Assembly (NCBI GenBank): GCA_045863335.1
Contig: BTVY01000019.1
Coordinates: 47,039-111,038 of the forward strand
Direction: 5' to 3'
Source of the DNA: Candidatus Hydrogenedentota bacterium
GTDB taxonomy: Bacteria; Hydrogenedentota; Hydrogenedentia; Hydrogenedentales; SLHB01
DNA length: 64,000 bases
Both the position numbers and the translations under genes were made by a program. The number at the start of each line of letters is the position of its first letter. The stretch's first letter is position 1. Below the pieces are notes generated by a model. That model saw only the letters and a program-made list of their open reading frames with translations, was not told the DNA's origin and made no database searches. Positions 26,845-36,325 of the stretch are shown here, one piece after another.

Positions 26845-27726
26845 ATGGATCGAAAAGGCTTTACCCTCATCGAACTACTGGTCGTCATTGCGATTATTGG
26901 CATTCTCGCTGCAATTCTACTACCGGCACTGGCTCGGGCACGCGAAGCCGCACGACGGGCGAGTTGCCAGAATAACCTGAAACAACTGGGACTCGTGCTA
27001 AAGATGTACAGCTCCGAAAGTAGCGGCGAGAAACTTCCTCCGATCAAAGTCTTCGATTGCGATGGCGGTATTCACGCATTGAATCTGGTTTTCGATGCCC
27101 AGGGCGTCTACCCAGAGTACCTCTCGGATTGGAACGTGCTCGTTTGTCCCAGCGCCGCGATGTCCGGAGACCCCGTGGAACTGTGGGACGCGGGCGCCAT
27201 CGACTCGCCCCATTGGATTGCGACGGCGGAGTCCAACGACGGAGAGGTCCTTCCCTGTGAGATTACCGACCACCCATACATCTACCTGGGATGGGCCATT
27301 GGAAGAGACACGCTCGTGGACGCTGCCGATTTCAACGATCTGGAGCATGAAGGCCCGTTGCTGCGCGAGAATATCGAGTTGGACCCCACGTATGTCGACC
27401 AGGACTGGGAATTGGATCACCATACCTTCGGCGGATATACGACGGTGTTTCGCTTGCGCGAGGGCATCGAGCGCTTCTTCGTGACGGATGTGAACAATCC
27501 GGCGGGCTCCTCGTTGGCCCAGTCCGAACTGCCGGTCATGTGGGACTCCATCGCCGGCGAGGAAACGTCGCATTTCAATCATCTTCCGGGCGGTAGCAAC
27601 GTGTTGTACCTGGACGGACACGTGGAGTTTCTTCGGTACAGCGGCGAGGTGGGCGAATCGTTCCCGGTAAACGGCGGCGGCCTCGCGCTCCACGAACTTG
27701 CACACGGTCACGGTGGACACCATTAG
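26845..27726 (+). CDS. DUF1559 prepilin-type protein with H-X9-DG motif and His-rich tail
   Basis: [42 protein letters not shown]; [15 protein letters not shown]; ends [12 protein letters not shown]; RBS CAGGAG. Confidence 0.92.
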   Translation: MDRKGFTLIELLVVIAIIGILAAILLPALARAREAARRASCQNNLKQLGLVLKMYSSESSGEKLPPIKVFDCDGGIHALNLVFDAQGVYPEYLSDWNVLVCPSAAMSGDPVELWDAGAIDSPHWIATAESNDGEVLPCEITDHPYIYLGWAIGRDTLVDAADFNDLEHEGPLLRENIELDPTYVDQDWELDHHTFGGYTTVFRLREGIERFFVTDVNNPAGSSLAQSELPVMWDSIAGEETSHFNHLPGGSNVLYLDGHVEFLRYSGEVGESFPVNGGGLALHELAHGHGGHH

Positions 27727-27855
27727 CGGCCCGGCAGTGGAAGCAGGGCGTGGGCGCGAGGTATCATGCCGGTTCCCGCGCGGCGCACGATTGCGGCGCT
27801 TGGGCATTGCGAGACTCAGCAAACCAACCCTTCATCCCGTGAAAGGAGATCGATT

Positions 27856-29097
27856 ATGCGTGGTTGTGCGGTGTTGTGCTCCCTCGGCTTGGCCGCTTTC
27901 GTGGCGGCCCTGTCGATAGTCCCTGTGGCCCATGGACAAGACGATACCATGCCCCCGGGCGTGCTTCCGGCCGAGGAAGCCGAGGCCGGCTGGATTAACC
28001 TCTTCGACAAGGAAACGACCTTCGGCTGGAACGCTATCGGCGACGCCGAGTGGACGGTCGTGGACGGCGTACTCACCTGCCAGAGCGGTTCGGGCGGCTT
28101 GCTGGCGACCAGAAGCCAGTTTGCAGATTACGAATTGGTCGTCAAGATCCGCGTCTCCGGCGAGACGCCCACGACCGGTCTGGAAGTCCGCGCGCCGCTC
28201 CAGGGCCACTACACCGAGAACGGAGCCGTCTGTGTACCGGTGGCCGGGTCCAAGGAAGCGGCCGGCGATTGGCATACCATCGAAGTTACGGCAAACGGCG
28301 GCGACATCACGGCAAAGCTGGACGGCAACGCCGTCACGCTGGACGGCCGCGCCCGCTCACTTGGTTACATCGCCATCCAATACCACGGCCACGGCGGCAA
28401 GGTCGAAGTCTCCGAGGCGAAATTGAAGCCCATCAATATGAGTGCGATTTTCAATGGTGAAGACTTGACGGGTTGGAACATCATCGAGGGCCATGCCTCG
28501 GTGTTTACGGTGAAGGATGGCGGTATCAATATCGAGAATGGCAACGGCCAGATCGAGACCGCGAACCTGTACAAGGATTTCGTCCTGCAATTGGATATCA
28601 TTTCCAATGGCACGGAATTGAATAGCGGCGTGTTTTACCGCGGCCCCGTCGGCATATTCTGGAAGGGATACGAGTCGCAGGTGCGCAATCACTGGACGGA
28701 CAATCGCCGCAATCCCTATGACTTCGGCACTGGCGGCAACTACGGCAATCAACCGGCCCGCATGGTCGTATCGAGCGACCACGAGTGGTTCCACAAGACC
28801 ATCGTTGTCGATGGCAATCATGCGGCTGTCTGGGTCAACGGCTATCAGACGAGCGATTTCACCGACACGCGCCCAGTCTCCGAGAACAACGACGGCAAGG
28901 CCGGCTACGTTCCGGGTCCGGGTACGATCCATTTGCAGGGCCACGATCCCACGACAAACCTGACGTTCAAGAACATCGAGATCCAGGAATATCCGCAGCG
29001 TGGACCGCGCGCGGGCGGCCGTCCGGAAGGCGCCGGAGGCGAAGCCGGACGCGGTGAGCGCACAGGCCGCGGCGGCCGCGGACGCCAGGCCGAGTAA
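27856..29097 (+). CDS. Secreted tandem DUF1080 (3-keto-disaccharide hydrolase-like) protein
   Basis: Signal peptide; GWINLFD...GW and IFNGEDLTGW...NSGV...GYESQ...GTIHLQGH...FKNI; RG-rich tail. Confidence 0.88.
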   Translation: MRGCAVLCSLGLAAFVAALSIVPVAHGQDDTMPPGVLPAEEAEAGWINLFDKETTFGWNAIGDAEWTVVDGVLTCQSGSGGLLATRSQFADYELVVKIRVSGETPTTGLEVRAPLQGHYTENGAVCVPVAGSKEAAGDWHTIEVTANGGDITAKLDGNAVTLDGRARSLGYIAIQYHGHGGKVEVSEAKLKPINMSAIFNGEDLTGWNIIEGHASVFTVKDGGINIENGNGQIETANLYKDFVLQLDIISNGTELNSGVFYRGPVGIFWKGYESQVRNHWTDNRRNPYDFGTGGNYGNQPARMVVSSDHEWFHKTIVVDGNHAAVWVNGYQTSDFTDTRPVSENNDGKAGYVPGPGTIHLQGHDPTTNLTFKNIEIQEYPQRGPRAGGRPEGAGGEAGRGERTGRGGRGRQAE

Positions 29098-29112
29098 ACG
29101 ATTTGCAGCGTG

Positions 29113-29153
29113 CGGGGGCAAGAGCGGCCATGAGACCCTCTTGCCCCCGTTTT
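29113..29153 (+). terminator. Intrinsic terminator
   Basis: 12-bp stem CGGGGGCAAGAG...CTCTTGCCCCCG followed by TTTT. Confidence 0.65.
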
Positions 29154-29173
29154 GATGAGCAACCGGAGGAACC

Positions 29174-29431
29174 ATGGCAAAACATATCGTACTCTACTCA
29201 GCGGCCTTGTGCGGTGATTGCCAGCGCCTGAAGTCTTTCATGGATTCCGAGGGCGTGGCGTACGAGCTGCGCGACATCAAGGAAGACCCCGCACACGGCA
29301 GGGAACTGGAGGAAAAAACGGGCAAGCTCGGGGTGCCTTACCTCATCATCGACGGCGAATGGAAGCGCGGTTACGTCCCCGGCCAGCCCTTCTCCGAAGA
29401 CTTCGCCCGCGACTTGCTCGGTATTGCGTAG
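29174..29431 (+). CDS. Glutaredoxin/NrdH-like redoxin
   Basis: CGDC, GVPYLIIDG; RBS GGAGG. Confidence 0.88.
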   Translation: MAKHIVLYSAALCGDCQRLKSFMDSEGVAYELRDIKEDPAHGRELEEKTGKLGVPYLIIDGEWKRGYVPGQPFSEDFARDLLGIA

Positions 29432-29446
29432 AACAACCCTCCGAAG

Positions 29447-30442
29447 CTACTGCGGCGTTCCGCCCGGCGCCCAATTGGTGAAGATGCAGATCGCCAGAAA
29501 GACGATCGTCACGCACCAGAGTATCCCGGAGACCACTGCGGCCGCGTCCCATATCCGGCCGATGGCCCGTGTCCGCGCCGTGTCGCCCATGGGCAGGAAT
29601 CCCAAGACGATGCCGCCCAGCATGCCACCGATGTGCGCCGCGTTATTTGCACCAATCAGGAATCCGAAAATCAGGGCGTAAATCGCCCATTGGACAAGCA
29701 CGTCGCGATACATCTTCGCGGAACCATGCGACGACCACAGATACGCTATTCCGAAGCCAATCAGCCCGAATAACCAGCCGGAAGCGCCCGCGGTCGCGGC
29801 ATGAATCGCGCCATGATAGTTGTAGTACCAGAACTGGGACGCAAAGGCGCAGGTGAGTTGCGTCACCGTGATGACGACCAGCATGCGGGACTTGCCGATC
29901 TGACTTTCCACCACCGGTCCGACCTGCATCAGGGCAAACGAATTAAACCCGATGTGAATGATGCCGATATGCGCCAGGCCAAAGCTGAGATAGCGCCAGT
30001 ACTGCTGCTCGCCGATGGCCAGTTGCGCCGTCCATCCGCCGAACACGCGCAAGGTATAGCCTGTAGGCCCAAATATCGCGGAAGCGCCCTGCATCGCAAT
30101 CTCGAGCAAGAACACGATGACCATGATCGCGAGGAATACCATGATTGTCGGTGGCGCGGAGCCCGGTTGGGCCAGCCCCAGCAGGCGCGCGATGCGGTAC
30201 GTTGTTAGCCCCATGACGCGGCGGTTGCATTGCGGGCAGGTCCGGGCGTCGCCATCCACCAACTTGCCGCAGTGCAGGCAGTGCTTATTGGGATACTTCA
30301 GCCAATGCAAGGACGCCGGAAGCTGTACGCCCGGTTGTTTATTCTCCCGGCGTTTCTGCCACTGATAGAGCTTCCATTTCAGGCGGGTGGTGTTGATCCC
30401 CATACGTTCCAGGAGTTGAAAGATCTGTGATTCGCGATCCAT
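29447..30442 (-). CDS. Rhomboid intramembrane serine protease with N-terminal zinc ribbon
   Basis: WR motif, HIGFNS, catalytic GASG and AHIGG; CLHC...CPQC. Confidence 0.9.
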   Translation of the reverse strand: MDRESQIFQLLERMGINTTRLKWKLYQWQKRRENKQPGVQLPASLHWLKYPNKHCLHCGKLVDGDARTCPQCNRRVMGLTTYRIARLLGLAQPGSAPPTIMVFLAIMVIVFLLEIAMQGASAIFGPTGYTLRVFGGWTAQLAIGEQQYWRYLSFGLAHIGIIHIGFNSFALMQVGPVVESQIGKSRMLVVITVTQLTCAFASQFWYYNYHGAIHAATAGASGWLFGLIGFGIAYLWSSHGSAKMYRDVLVQWAIYALIFGFLIGANNAAHIGGMLGGIVLGFLPMGDTARTRAIGRIWDAAAVVSGILWCVTIVFLAICIFTNWAPGGTPQ

Positions 30443-30445
30443 GAC

Positions 30446-31456
30446 CTACTGCCGTTGGAACAGGAGCACGGGATTGTACTCGAGTTCCGCTTCCTCGATG
30501 TTGGTGACGCCGATCCGGCCCCGTTCGTAAAGGTACTCCATGTGCGCTCCCGTCTCTAGAAACGCGAGTAGTACGTGGTAGTCCTGGCGCTCGCCAAAGA
30601 GCTCCAGCGAGACTTCCTTGATCGATTTGGGCCGATCGCACAACGCCAGGGTCTTCTCCAGCCGCTTCTCGTGGAACGCGAGCGTCTCGTCAATGCGCCG
30701 GTGAAGCTCCGTCATGTCGCCTTCATGGCCTCCGAGTCCCAGCGTGATGCCCGGCACCGATCGGACCTTCTGAAGCGATTCCATGTAGTGCCCGAGACCC
30801 GTGTACCGGGTGATGAATTCCGGCGATTGGTTCGGCGTGATGCGCTGCAACACGTGGTCCGCCGTGAACAGAATGTCGTCGAGCCGAATGCAGACCTGCC
30901 CGGGGCAGTGTCCCGGGGTGTGAAAGATCTCGAAGGGTGTTCCAGGAAGCGGTCCTTCGTCGAACGTGAAATCCACGTGGGCGGGTTGGAAAAGATCTTT
31001 CGACCACTTGTTCATGCTCAGCAGTTTTTCCACGGCCGATGCGGACAAGCCCGCCCGATCGAGAAAGAAATGCAGGTTCTTCGTATTGAGAATGAGCCGT
31101 TCTTTGAACGAGCGAATTACGCTGACGTCCAGTTCGTGGATGCCGAGTTCCGCGCCCGACTGTTCCACCACGAAGTTCGCGCCGCCGAAATGGTCGATGT
31201 GGCCATGGGTCAAGATGAGCCGGCCCACGTCAAAGACCTGTACCCGTTCGTCGAACTCGTCTCCCAGCCTCCGGAAACAATCCTGCAGCGACGCGTTCGA
31301 GTTTTCCTGGCCGGAACCGGCGTCAAGCAGCGTGATTGGATCGGTCATGACGAGGTAGCAGTTCGTGAAGTGCTTTGGAAAGGCCTCCACGGGCAGCTTG
31401 TACACAATCGTGCCGCCGGCGCTCTCGTACCTTCGAATGGTCGGGTCGTTTTGCAT
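30446..31456 (-). CDS. MBL-fold metallo-hydrolase
   Basis: THGHIDHFG, TPGHCPG, ADH, GGH; start moved to ATG 31456 after GGAG. Confidence 0.9.
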   Translation of the reverse strand: MQNDPTIRRYESAGGTIVYKLPVEAFPKHFTNCYLVMTDPITLLDAGSGQENSNASLQDCFRRLGDEFDERVQVFDVGRLILTHGHIDHFGGANFVVEQSGAELGIHELDVSVIRSFKERLILNTKNLHFFLDRAGLSASAVEKLLSMNKWSKDLFQPAHVDFTFDEGPLPGTPFEIFHTPGHCPGQVCIRLDDILFTADHVLQRITPNQSPEFITRYTGLGHYMESLQKVRSVPGITLGLGGHEGDMTELHRRIDETLAFHEKRLEKTLALCDRPKSIKEVSLELFGERQDYHVLLAFLETGAHMEYLYERGRIGVTNIEEAELEYNPVLLFQRQ

Positions 31457-31598
31457 GGCGTTCTCCAGAGAAGGCGTACAGTACACCGAAACCGGTATCA
31501 CATGGAAATCGGTGGGCGACGCATTCGCGTTGCGTTGCCAATGATCGGTTAAGCAGATCCGACCGATCTGGCGCAGGGTCCGCTGAGCTATCGCTTCT

Positions 31599-31627
31599 TT
31601 GCGCCACTTTCCAGGAGCAGGTATGAT
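31599..31627 (+). promoter_or_regulatory. Putative sigma70 promoter
   Basis: TTGCGC, 17 bp, TATGAT. Confidence 0.55.
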
Positions 31628-31670
31628 GGAGCGATTCTACGCAGATTCGATTAGTTTTGGAGGTTTCGCC

Positions 31671-32363
31671 ATGCGCACCGTGTTGATTTCATGTCTGCTG
31701 TTGACGGTGGTTCAATTCCTTGCGATCGCCGAGGATGCCGAGATTCCCCAGGAGATGAATGGACTGCCCCTCGTGTTCTCCGAGGATTTCGAATCCGGAC
31801 GCGATAACTGGGTCGAGACCGATCCCAATGCGTGGAAGATCGTGGAAGAAGACGGCAACCACGTGTTCTCGAACTTTCAATCCAGCCAGTACGAGCCGCC
31901 GGTGCGGTCTCCCCACAATATCGCGCGTATCAAGGATCTGGAGGTCAGCGATTTTGTCATCGAGGTCAAGATGAAGCAGACAGGCCGCGAGTATGGCCAC
32001 CGTGACCAGTGCATCTTCTACGGATACAACGACCCCGCTCATTTCTACTACACCCACCTGGCGACCAAAGCGGATGAACACGCCAATTCGATCTTTCTCG
32101 TGAACGGCGAACCCCGCGTTTCCATCGCCGAAGAGCGCACTGACGGAACCCAGTGGACCGACGCGTATCACACGATTCGCATCGAGCGCGATACGGCGGC
32201 CGGGACCATTCTGGTGTACTTCGACGACATGACCAAACCGGTCATGAAGGCGACGGATACCACGTTCCTTTCCGGCGGAATTGGGTTTGGGTCCTTCGAC
32301 GACGTGGGCAACATTGACGATGTCCGGGTCTGGGGGAAGAAGGTCGGCGAGAATAAGCCGTAA
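31671..32363 (+). CDS. Secreted concanavalin A-like/DUF1080-related protein
   Basis: Signal peptide; FSEDFE, GGIGFGSFDD..IDDVRV; RBS GGAGG. Confidence 0.75.
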   Translation: MRTVLISCLLLTVVQFLAIAEDAEIPQEMNGLPLVFSEDFESGRDNWVETDPNAWKIVEEDGNHVFSNFQSSQYEPPVRSPHNIARIKDLEVSDFVIEVKMKQTGREYGHRDQCIFYGYNDPAHFYYTHLATKADEHANSIFLVNGEPRVSIAEERTDGTQWTDAYHTIRIERDTAAGTILVYFDDMTKPVMKATDTTFLSGGIGFGSFDDVGNIDDVRVWGKKVGENKP

Positions 32364-32385
32364 GGCAGAAGCGTTAACACATGGC

Positions 32386-32426
32386 AAGGCCGCCCGGTGA
32401 GGGATGCCGGGCGGCCTTCTTCGTTT
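32386..32426 (+). terminator. Terminator-like hairpin
   Basis: AAGGCCGCCCGG...CCGGGCGGCCTT followed by CTTCGTTT. Confidence 0.55.
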
Positions 32427-32461
32427 GGCCAATGCCCGTGCGGGATGCGGAGGGAATGAAG

Positions 32462-33043
32462 ATGGCGTATACGCCCAAAATCCTGGCCTTTGCCGGAAGT
32501 CTTCGGAAGGACTCGTACAACAAGAAGCTCGTGAAGATTGCCGTGTCCGGCGCAGAGGCCGCCGGCGCCGACGTGACGTACCTCGATTTGCGCGACTACC
32601 CCTTGCCCGTGTTCGACGAAGACCTCGAACGGGAACAGGGAATGCCGGAAAACGGCCGGAAGCTAAAGGACTTGTTTCTTGCGAACGACGGACTGCTCAT
32701 CGCGTGTCCCGAGTACAATAGCTCCATCACGGCGGTGTTAAAGAACACCATCGACTGGGTCTCCCGCCGGGAAGGGGACGAGGCACCGCTTGCGTGTTAC
32801 GCGGGAAAAGTCGCCGCCATCATGAGCGCCTCGCCGGGCGCCTTGGGTGGATTGCGCGGACTGGTCACGGTGCGGTCGATTTTAGGCAATATCCAGGTGA
32901 CCATGTTGCCCGATCAGATTGCGATTCCCAAGGCCAACGAAGCCTTCACCCCCGACGGCATGCTCCTCGATGGCGCGAAGCAGAAAGCGGTCATGGCGAT
33001 TGGCGAAAAGCTTGCGGGGGTCTTGGCGAAACTGCATGGGTGA
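32462..33043 (+). CDS. NADPH-dependent FMN reductase (SsuE/ChrR family)
   Basis: GSLRKDSYN, PEYNSS, LKNTIDWVSR, ASPGALGG. Confidence 0.93.
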   Translation: MAYTPKILAFAGSLRKDSYNKKLVKIAVSGAEAAGADVTYLDLRDYPLPVFDEDLEREQGMPENGRKLKDLFLANDGLLIACPEYNSSITAVLKNTIDWVSRREGDEAPLACYAGKVAAIMSASPGALGGLRGLVTVRSILGNIQVTMLPDQIAIPKANEAFTPDGMLLDGAKQKAVMAIGEKLAGVLAKLHG

Positions 33044-33054
33044 AGGCAGGCGCG

Positions 33055-33186
33055 AAGAATAGGACGTATAGGACCAATAGGACCAATAGGACCTATGGGA
33101 CAGAAAACGGCCAATCGCATCTGCGATTGGCCGCCGAAACACCGGTGTGTCCTATAAGTCGTATACGTCCTATAGGTCCTATTCTT
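33055..33186. repeat. Inverted array of 9-mer (W)ATAGGACN repeats with a central palindrome
   Basis: 5 units at 33058-33102, palindrome CGGCCAATCGCA..TGCGATTGGCCG at 33108-33133, 4 inverted units at 33148-33183. Confidence 0.85.
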
Positions 33187-33194
33187 TCTCCCGC

Positions 33195-34337
33195 TCACAC
33201 CTTCGCGAAGGCCTGCTCGAGGTCCTTGATCAGGTCTTCCAGATCTTCGATCCCCACGCTCACGCGAATCAGGTTCTGCGTAATGCCCATCTTCGCGCGC
33301 GCTTCTTCGGGCATGGACACGTGGGTCATCGTCCACGGATGCTCGATGAGCGATTCCACGCCGCCGAGCGATTCCGCGAGGGCAAACAGCTCCACGTTGC
33401 TGAGCAGGCGGAATGCTTCGTCTTTGCCGCCCTTCACGCGGAACGAGAACGTCCCGCCGAAGCCGGTCATCTGCTTCTGCGCCAGCGCGTATTGCGGGTG
33501 ACTCTCCAGTCCCGGGTGTAGCACCGAATCGACCTTGGGATGCCGCTCCAGCCACTGGGCGATGCCCAGCGCGTTCTTGTTGTGCTCTTCCATGCGAACG
33601 GCCAGCGTCTTCACGCCGCGCAAGACGAGGAAGCAGTCCATGGGGCCCGCGCAGGTGCCCATGCCGTTTTGCAGAAACGCAATCTTCTCGGCCAACGCTT
33701 CATCGTTGGTAATGAGCGCGCCGCCGACCACGTCGGAATGGCCGTTGATGTATTTGGTGGTCGAGTGCAACACCACGTCGATGCCGAGTTCCAGCGGCCG
33801 CTGAAAGTAGGGGGAGAGGAAGGTGTTGTCGCAGATGGTGTGAATGCCGTGTTCCCTGGCGATGGCCGTGACCGCGCCGAGGTCCTGCAAATTCATGAGT
33901 GGATTGGTGGGCGTCTCCAGCCAGATCAGCTTGGTCTCCGGCCGGATGGCCGCGCGAATGGCGTCGAGATCGCGCAGGTTCACGAACTCCACGTCGACGC
34001 CTTTGTCCGCGATCACGGTCGTCAAGAGACGGTAGGTGCCGCCGTAGAGGTCGTCATGCACGATGATGTGGTCGCCGTGGCCGTACATGGCCAGAAATGT
34101 CGCCTCGGCCGCCATGCCGGTCGCGAAGGCGTAGCCGAACTTGGCCCCTTCCAGCGCCGCCAGGCAGTTCTCCAAGGCTTTGCGCGTGGGGTTTCCGCTG
34201 CGCGAGTAATCGAAGGGTCCCGGCTGTTCGACCCCGCGAAACGCGAAGGTCGACGTCTGATAGATCGGGGTCATGACGGCCCCGTACGCGGGGTCCGGAC
34301 CCTGCCCGGCATGGATCGACAAGGTCTTGAAACGCAT
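33195..34337 (-). CDS. Cystathionine gamma-lyase/synthase (Cys/Met PLP family)
   Basis: PIYQTSTF, YSRSGNPTR, YGGT, ETPTNP, DNTF, HSTTKYINGHSD, AESLGG. Confidence 0.95.
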   Translation of the reverse strand: MRFKTLSIHAGQGPDPAYGAVMTPIYQTSTFAFRGVEQPGPFDYSRSGNPTRKALENCLAALEGAKFGYAFATGMAAEATFLAMYGHGDHIIVHDDLYGGTYRLLTTVIADKGVDVEFVNLRDLDAIRAAIRPETKLIWLETPTNPLMNLQDLGAVTAIAREHGIHTICDNTFLSPYFQRPLELGIDVVLHSTTKYINGHSDVVGGALITNDEALAEKIAFLQNGMGTCAGPMDCFLVLRGVKTLAVRMEEHNKNALGIAQWLERHPKVDSVLHPGLESHPQYALAQKQMTGFGGTFSFRVKGGKDEAFRLLSNVELFALAESLGGVESLIEHPWTMTHVSMPEEARAKMGITQNLIRVSVGIEDLEDLIKDLEQAFAKV

Positions 34338-34623
34338 GAGGTACTCCTTGTAGCTGCGCCCGGTGCGGCGCGGGTCACCAAGAACTGGGGAAAACGCCAG
34401 ACTCGCCAAGACACAATGTATGCGCACGACCGAAGAGAGTTGGCGAAACAGGTCCCGCGAAAACGGGAATTATACGCGGAAACCACGGCGGCCCGCAATT
34501 TTGGTGCGCAACGATTGCCGAGGGACAGCAGGGACAACAGAGACAGCAGACGCGATGTACGGGTGATTGCTTTGAAAGCGAGACCGCGTCGCCCGATGGA
34601 CGCTCATGTGCCCGCTTTCGCGT

Positions 34624-34669
34624 GCCGCCCGTCCTATTTGTCCTATCGGTCCTATACGTCCTATTCCTA
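34624..34669. repeat. 46-bp direct repeat, copy 1 (9-mer family)
   Basis: GCCGCCCGTCCTATTTGTCCTATCGGTCCTATACGTCCTATtCCTA; one mismatch to 36280-36325. Confidence 0.9.
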
Positions 34670-34699
34670 AAACGGTATCGCCCGCAGGCGCATTTCGCC

Positions 34700-36175
34700 T
34701 CAGTGAATCCAAGAAGCGACAATGTCCACTACCAGCCACTCGTCCCCAAAGCGACGTAGACGGAGGGTTGTTGCGCCGGAAATTTCCACCGCAATCTCTC
34801 CCGTTTCGTAATTTGAATCAACGCGGGCGCCATCGATACTGATTGCGAGGACAGCGTCCTCAGAATCAGGAATGACAAACAAGGTCATCCTCGTAGCCTC
34901 AGCCATCTTCTCCGCGTGGGTATAGCTTTCCTTGCGCGCGGGCGCGCCAGCCTTTTTTAGGGCTGCGTTACGAAGACGCACAAACGCGTCCACACTTTCC
35001 CGCGTGCCTAAATGCCCAAGTCCCATGATGGCGTGCGCACGAACCTTTGGGTCCACATTGGGATTCTGTGCCAGATTCGCGAGGAACTTGATGCAGTCGT
35101 CTCCGGCGAGTGATGCGATCGTTGCGATAGCCGCCCAAGACCATCCGCCATACATCCCGCTCAACTCCGTATCCTCTCTCGTGCGCAGCAGGAGATTCTC
35201 GAAAGGCCGAACTGTGTCCTTGTCATTCAACGCGCGGGCGATCGTGGCGTATTGGGTTACCTCGTCTCGATTTTTCACGTGAACCCGATCGATCCCATCC
35301 ACACGATCGATGAGGATACGAACCAGTTCACTTCTGCTCGCTGTAGTGGGCAGCCGCAGTTTCTCCAGGTTGATTCGTCCTTCGCTGAACGCATCAGTCC
35401 ACTCGTTGGGCCGAGACGCGGCGATATCACGTCGCGTGGTAGCGGCTAAATCAACGTTCTGGCCCGCCCGCCCGGCCTTTCCAAAGAACGGCGATAGACC
35501 CGGTTGCCCGGATATCACCCGCTCCATTGGCTCCAAAGCGCGCGACTGCGATTCCCAGTAGTCCACAGAACGTATAAGACGCCGAAGGTCCTTTGCTGGA
35601 AGCCGCTTTAGAATTTCGCTCAGTGCCGTAAGGTCGTCTTCGGCGTTCATCAACACCATTGCGCGTGCGAGAGCGCTTCTGGGCCGCCAATCCTCAGAAC
35701 CGGCGAGTTCCTCTAATACAGATGACGCAGCATCTGGACGGTTCACCGCCAGCATATTGCAGAGCATTCCCAATTCTCCAAAGTCCTTCTCGCCTTGTTT
35801 TTCCTTACGTGCAAGCCAGCGGACTCGGCATTGAAGATAGGTCATCGCTCTTGGAAAAGGCGACGTCACGAGTAGAAGCGCCGCGCCGTACCGGTGATCC
35901 GACCACTGCGGATCCTCATACAAGTCCCGGACAACGGGTACGGCCTCTTCGCCCCATTGCTCCCAGTAAGCGGCCATTTGCGATTCGTCGGCGGCAAGGG
36001 AACGTTCAGCGTGGTTCAACGCGATCTCGACAACGACCGTTTCGATGGCAGGCGTGAACGCCGCACTTGCACCGTCTTCCCCATTAGCCAGGGGCAGACC
36101 AGCGGCGACTGTCCAATGTCCAACACCGGCGAGCTGGATTACGAGTATGCCGATGCCGCACGCGATTCGTCGCAT
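34700..36175 (-). CDS. Secreted hypothetical protein with HEAT-like repeats
   Basis: ATG after GGGAGGT; signal-like N-terminus; VRAHAIMGLGHLG; relaxed codon usage. Confidence 0.65.
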   Translation of the reverse strand: MRRIACGIGILVIQLAGVGHWTVAAGLPLANGEDGASAAFTPAIETVVVEIALNHAERSLAADESQMAAYWEQWGEEAVPVVRDLYEDPQWSDHRYGAALLLVTSPFPRAMTYLQCRVRWLARKEKQGEKDFGELGMLCNMLAVNRPDAASSVLEELAGSEDWRPRSALARAMVLMNAEDDLTALSEILKRLPAKDLRRLIRSVDYWESQSRALEPMERVISGQPGLSPFFGKAGRAGQNVDLAATTRRDIAASRPNEWTDAFSEGRINLEKLRLPTTASRSELVRILIDRVDGIDRVHVKNRDEVTQYATIARALNDKDTVRPFENLLLRTREDTELSGMYGGWSWAAIATIASLAGDDCIKFLANLAQNPNVDPKVRAHAIMGLGHLGTRESVDAFVRLRNAALKKAGAPARKESYTHAEKMAEATRMTLFVIPDSEDAVLAISIDGARVDSNYETGEIAVEISGATTLRLRRFGDEWLVVDIVASWIH

Positions 36176-36279
36176 TTTGAACGACCTCCCCGCTGTGAGT
36201 TATTCCCCACGTAATTGGACACCGCGGATGGAGTCGAGTTCGACCAACTTTTCATTTCTCGGAGCAAGCCGACGCGGTC

Positions 36280-36325
36280 GCCGCCCGTCCTATTTGTCCT
36301 ATCGGTCCTATACGTCCTATCCCTA
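36280..36325. repeat. 46-bp direct repeat, copy 2, containing the copA stop codon
   Basis: Matches 34624-34669 at 45 of 46 positions. Confidence 0.9.

Noticed and set aside
33055-33186. 9-mer arrays as CRISPR or integron attC sites
   Set aside because: No spacers, no RYYYAAC/GTTRRRY ends, and no integrase.
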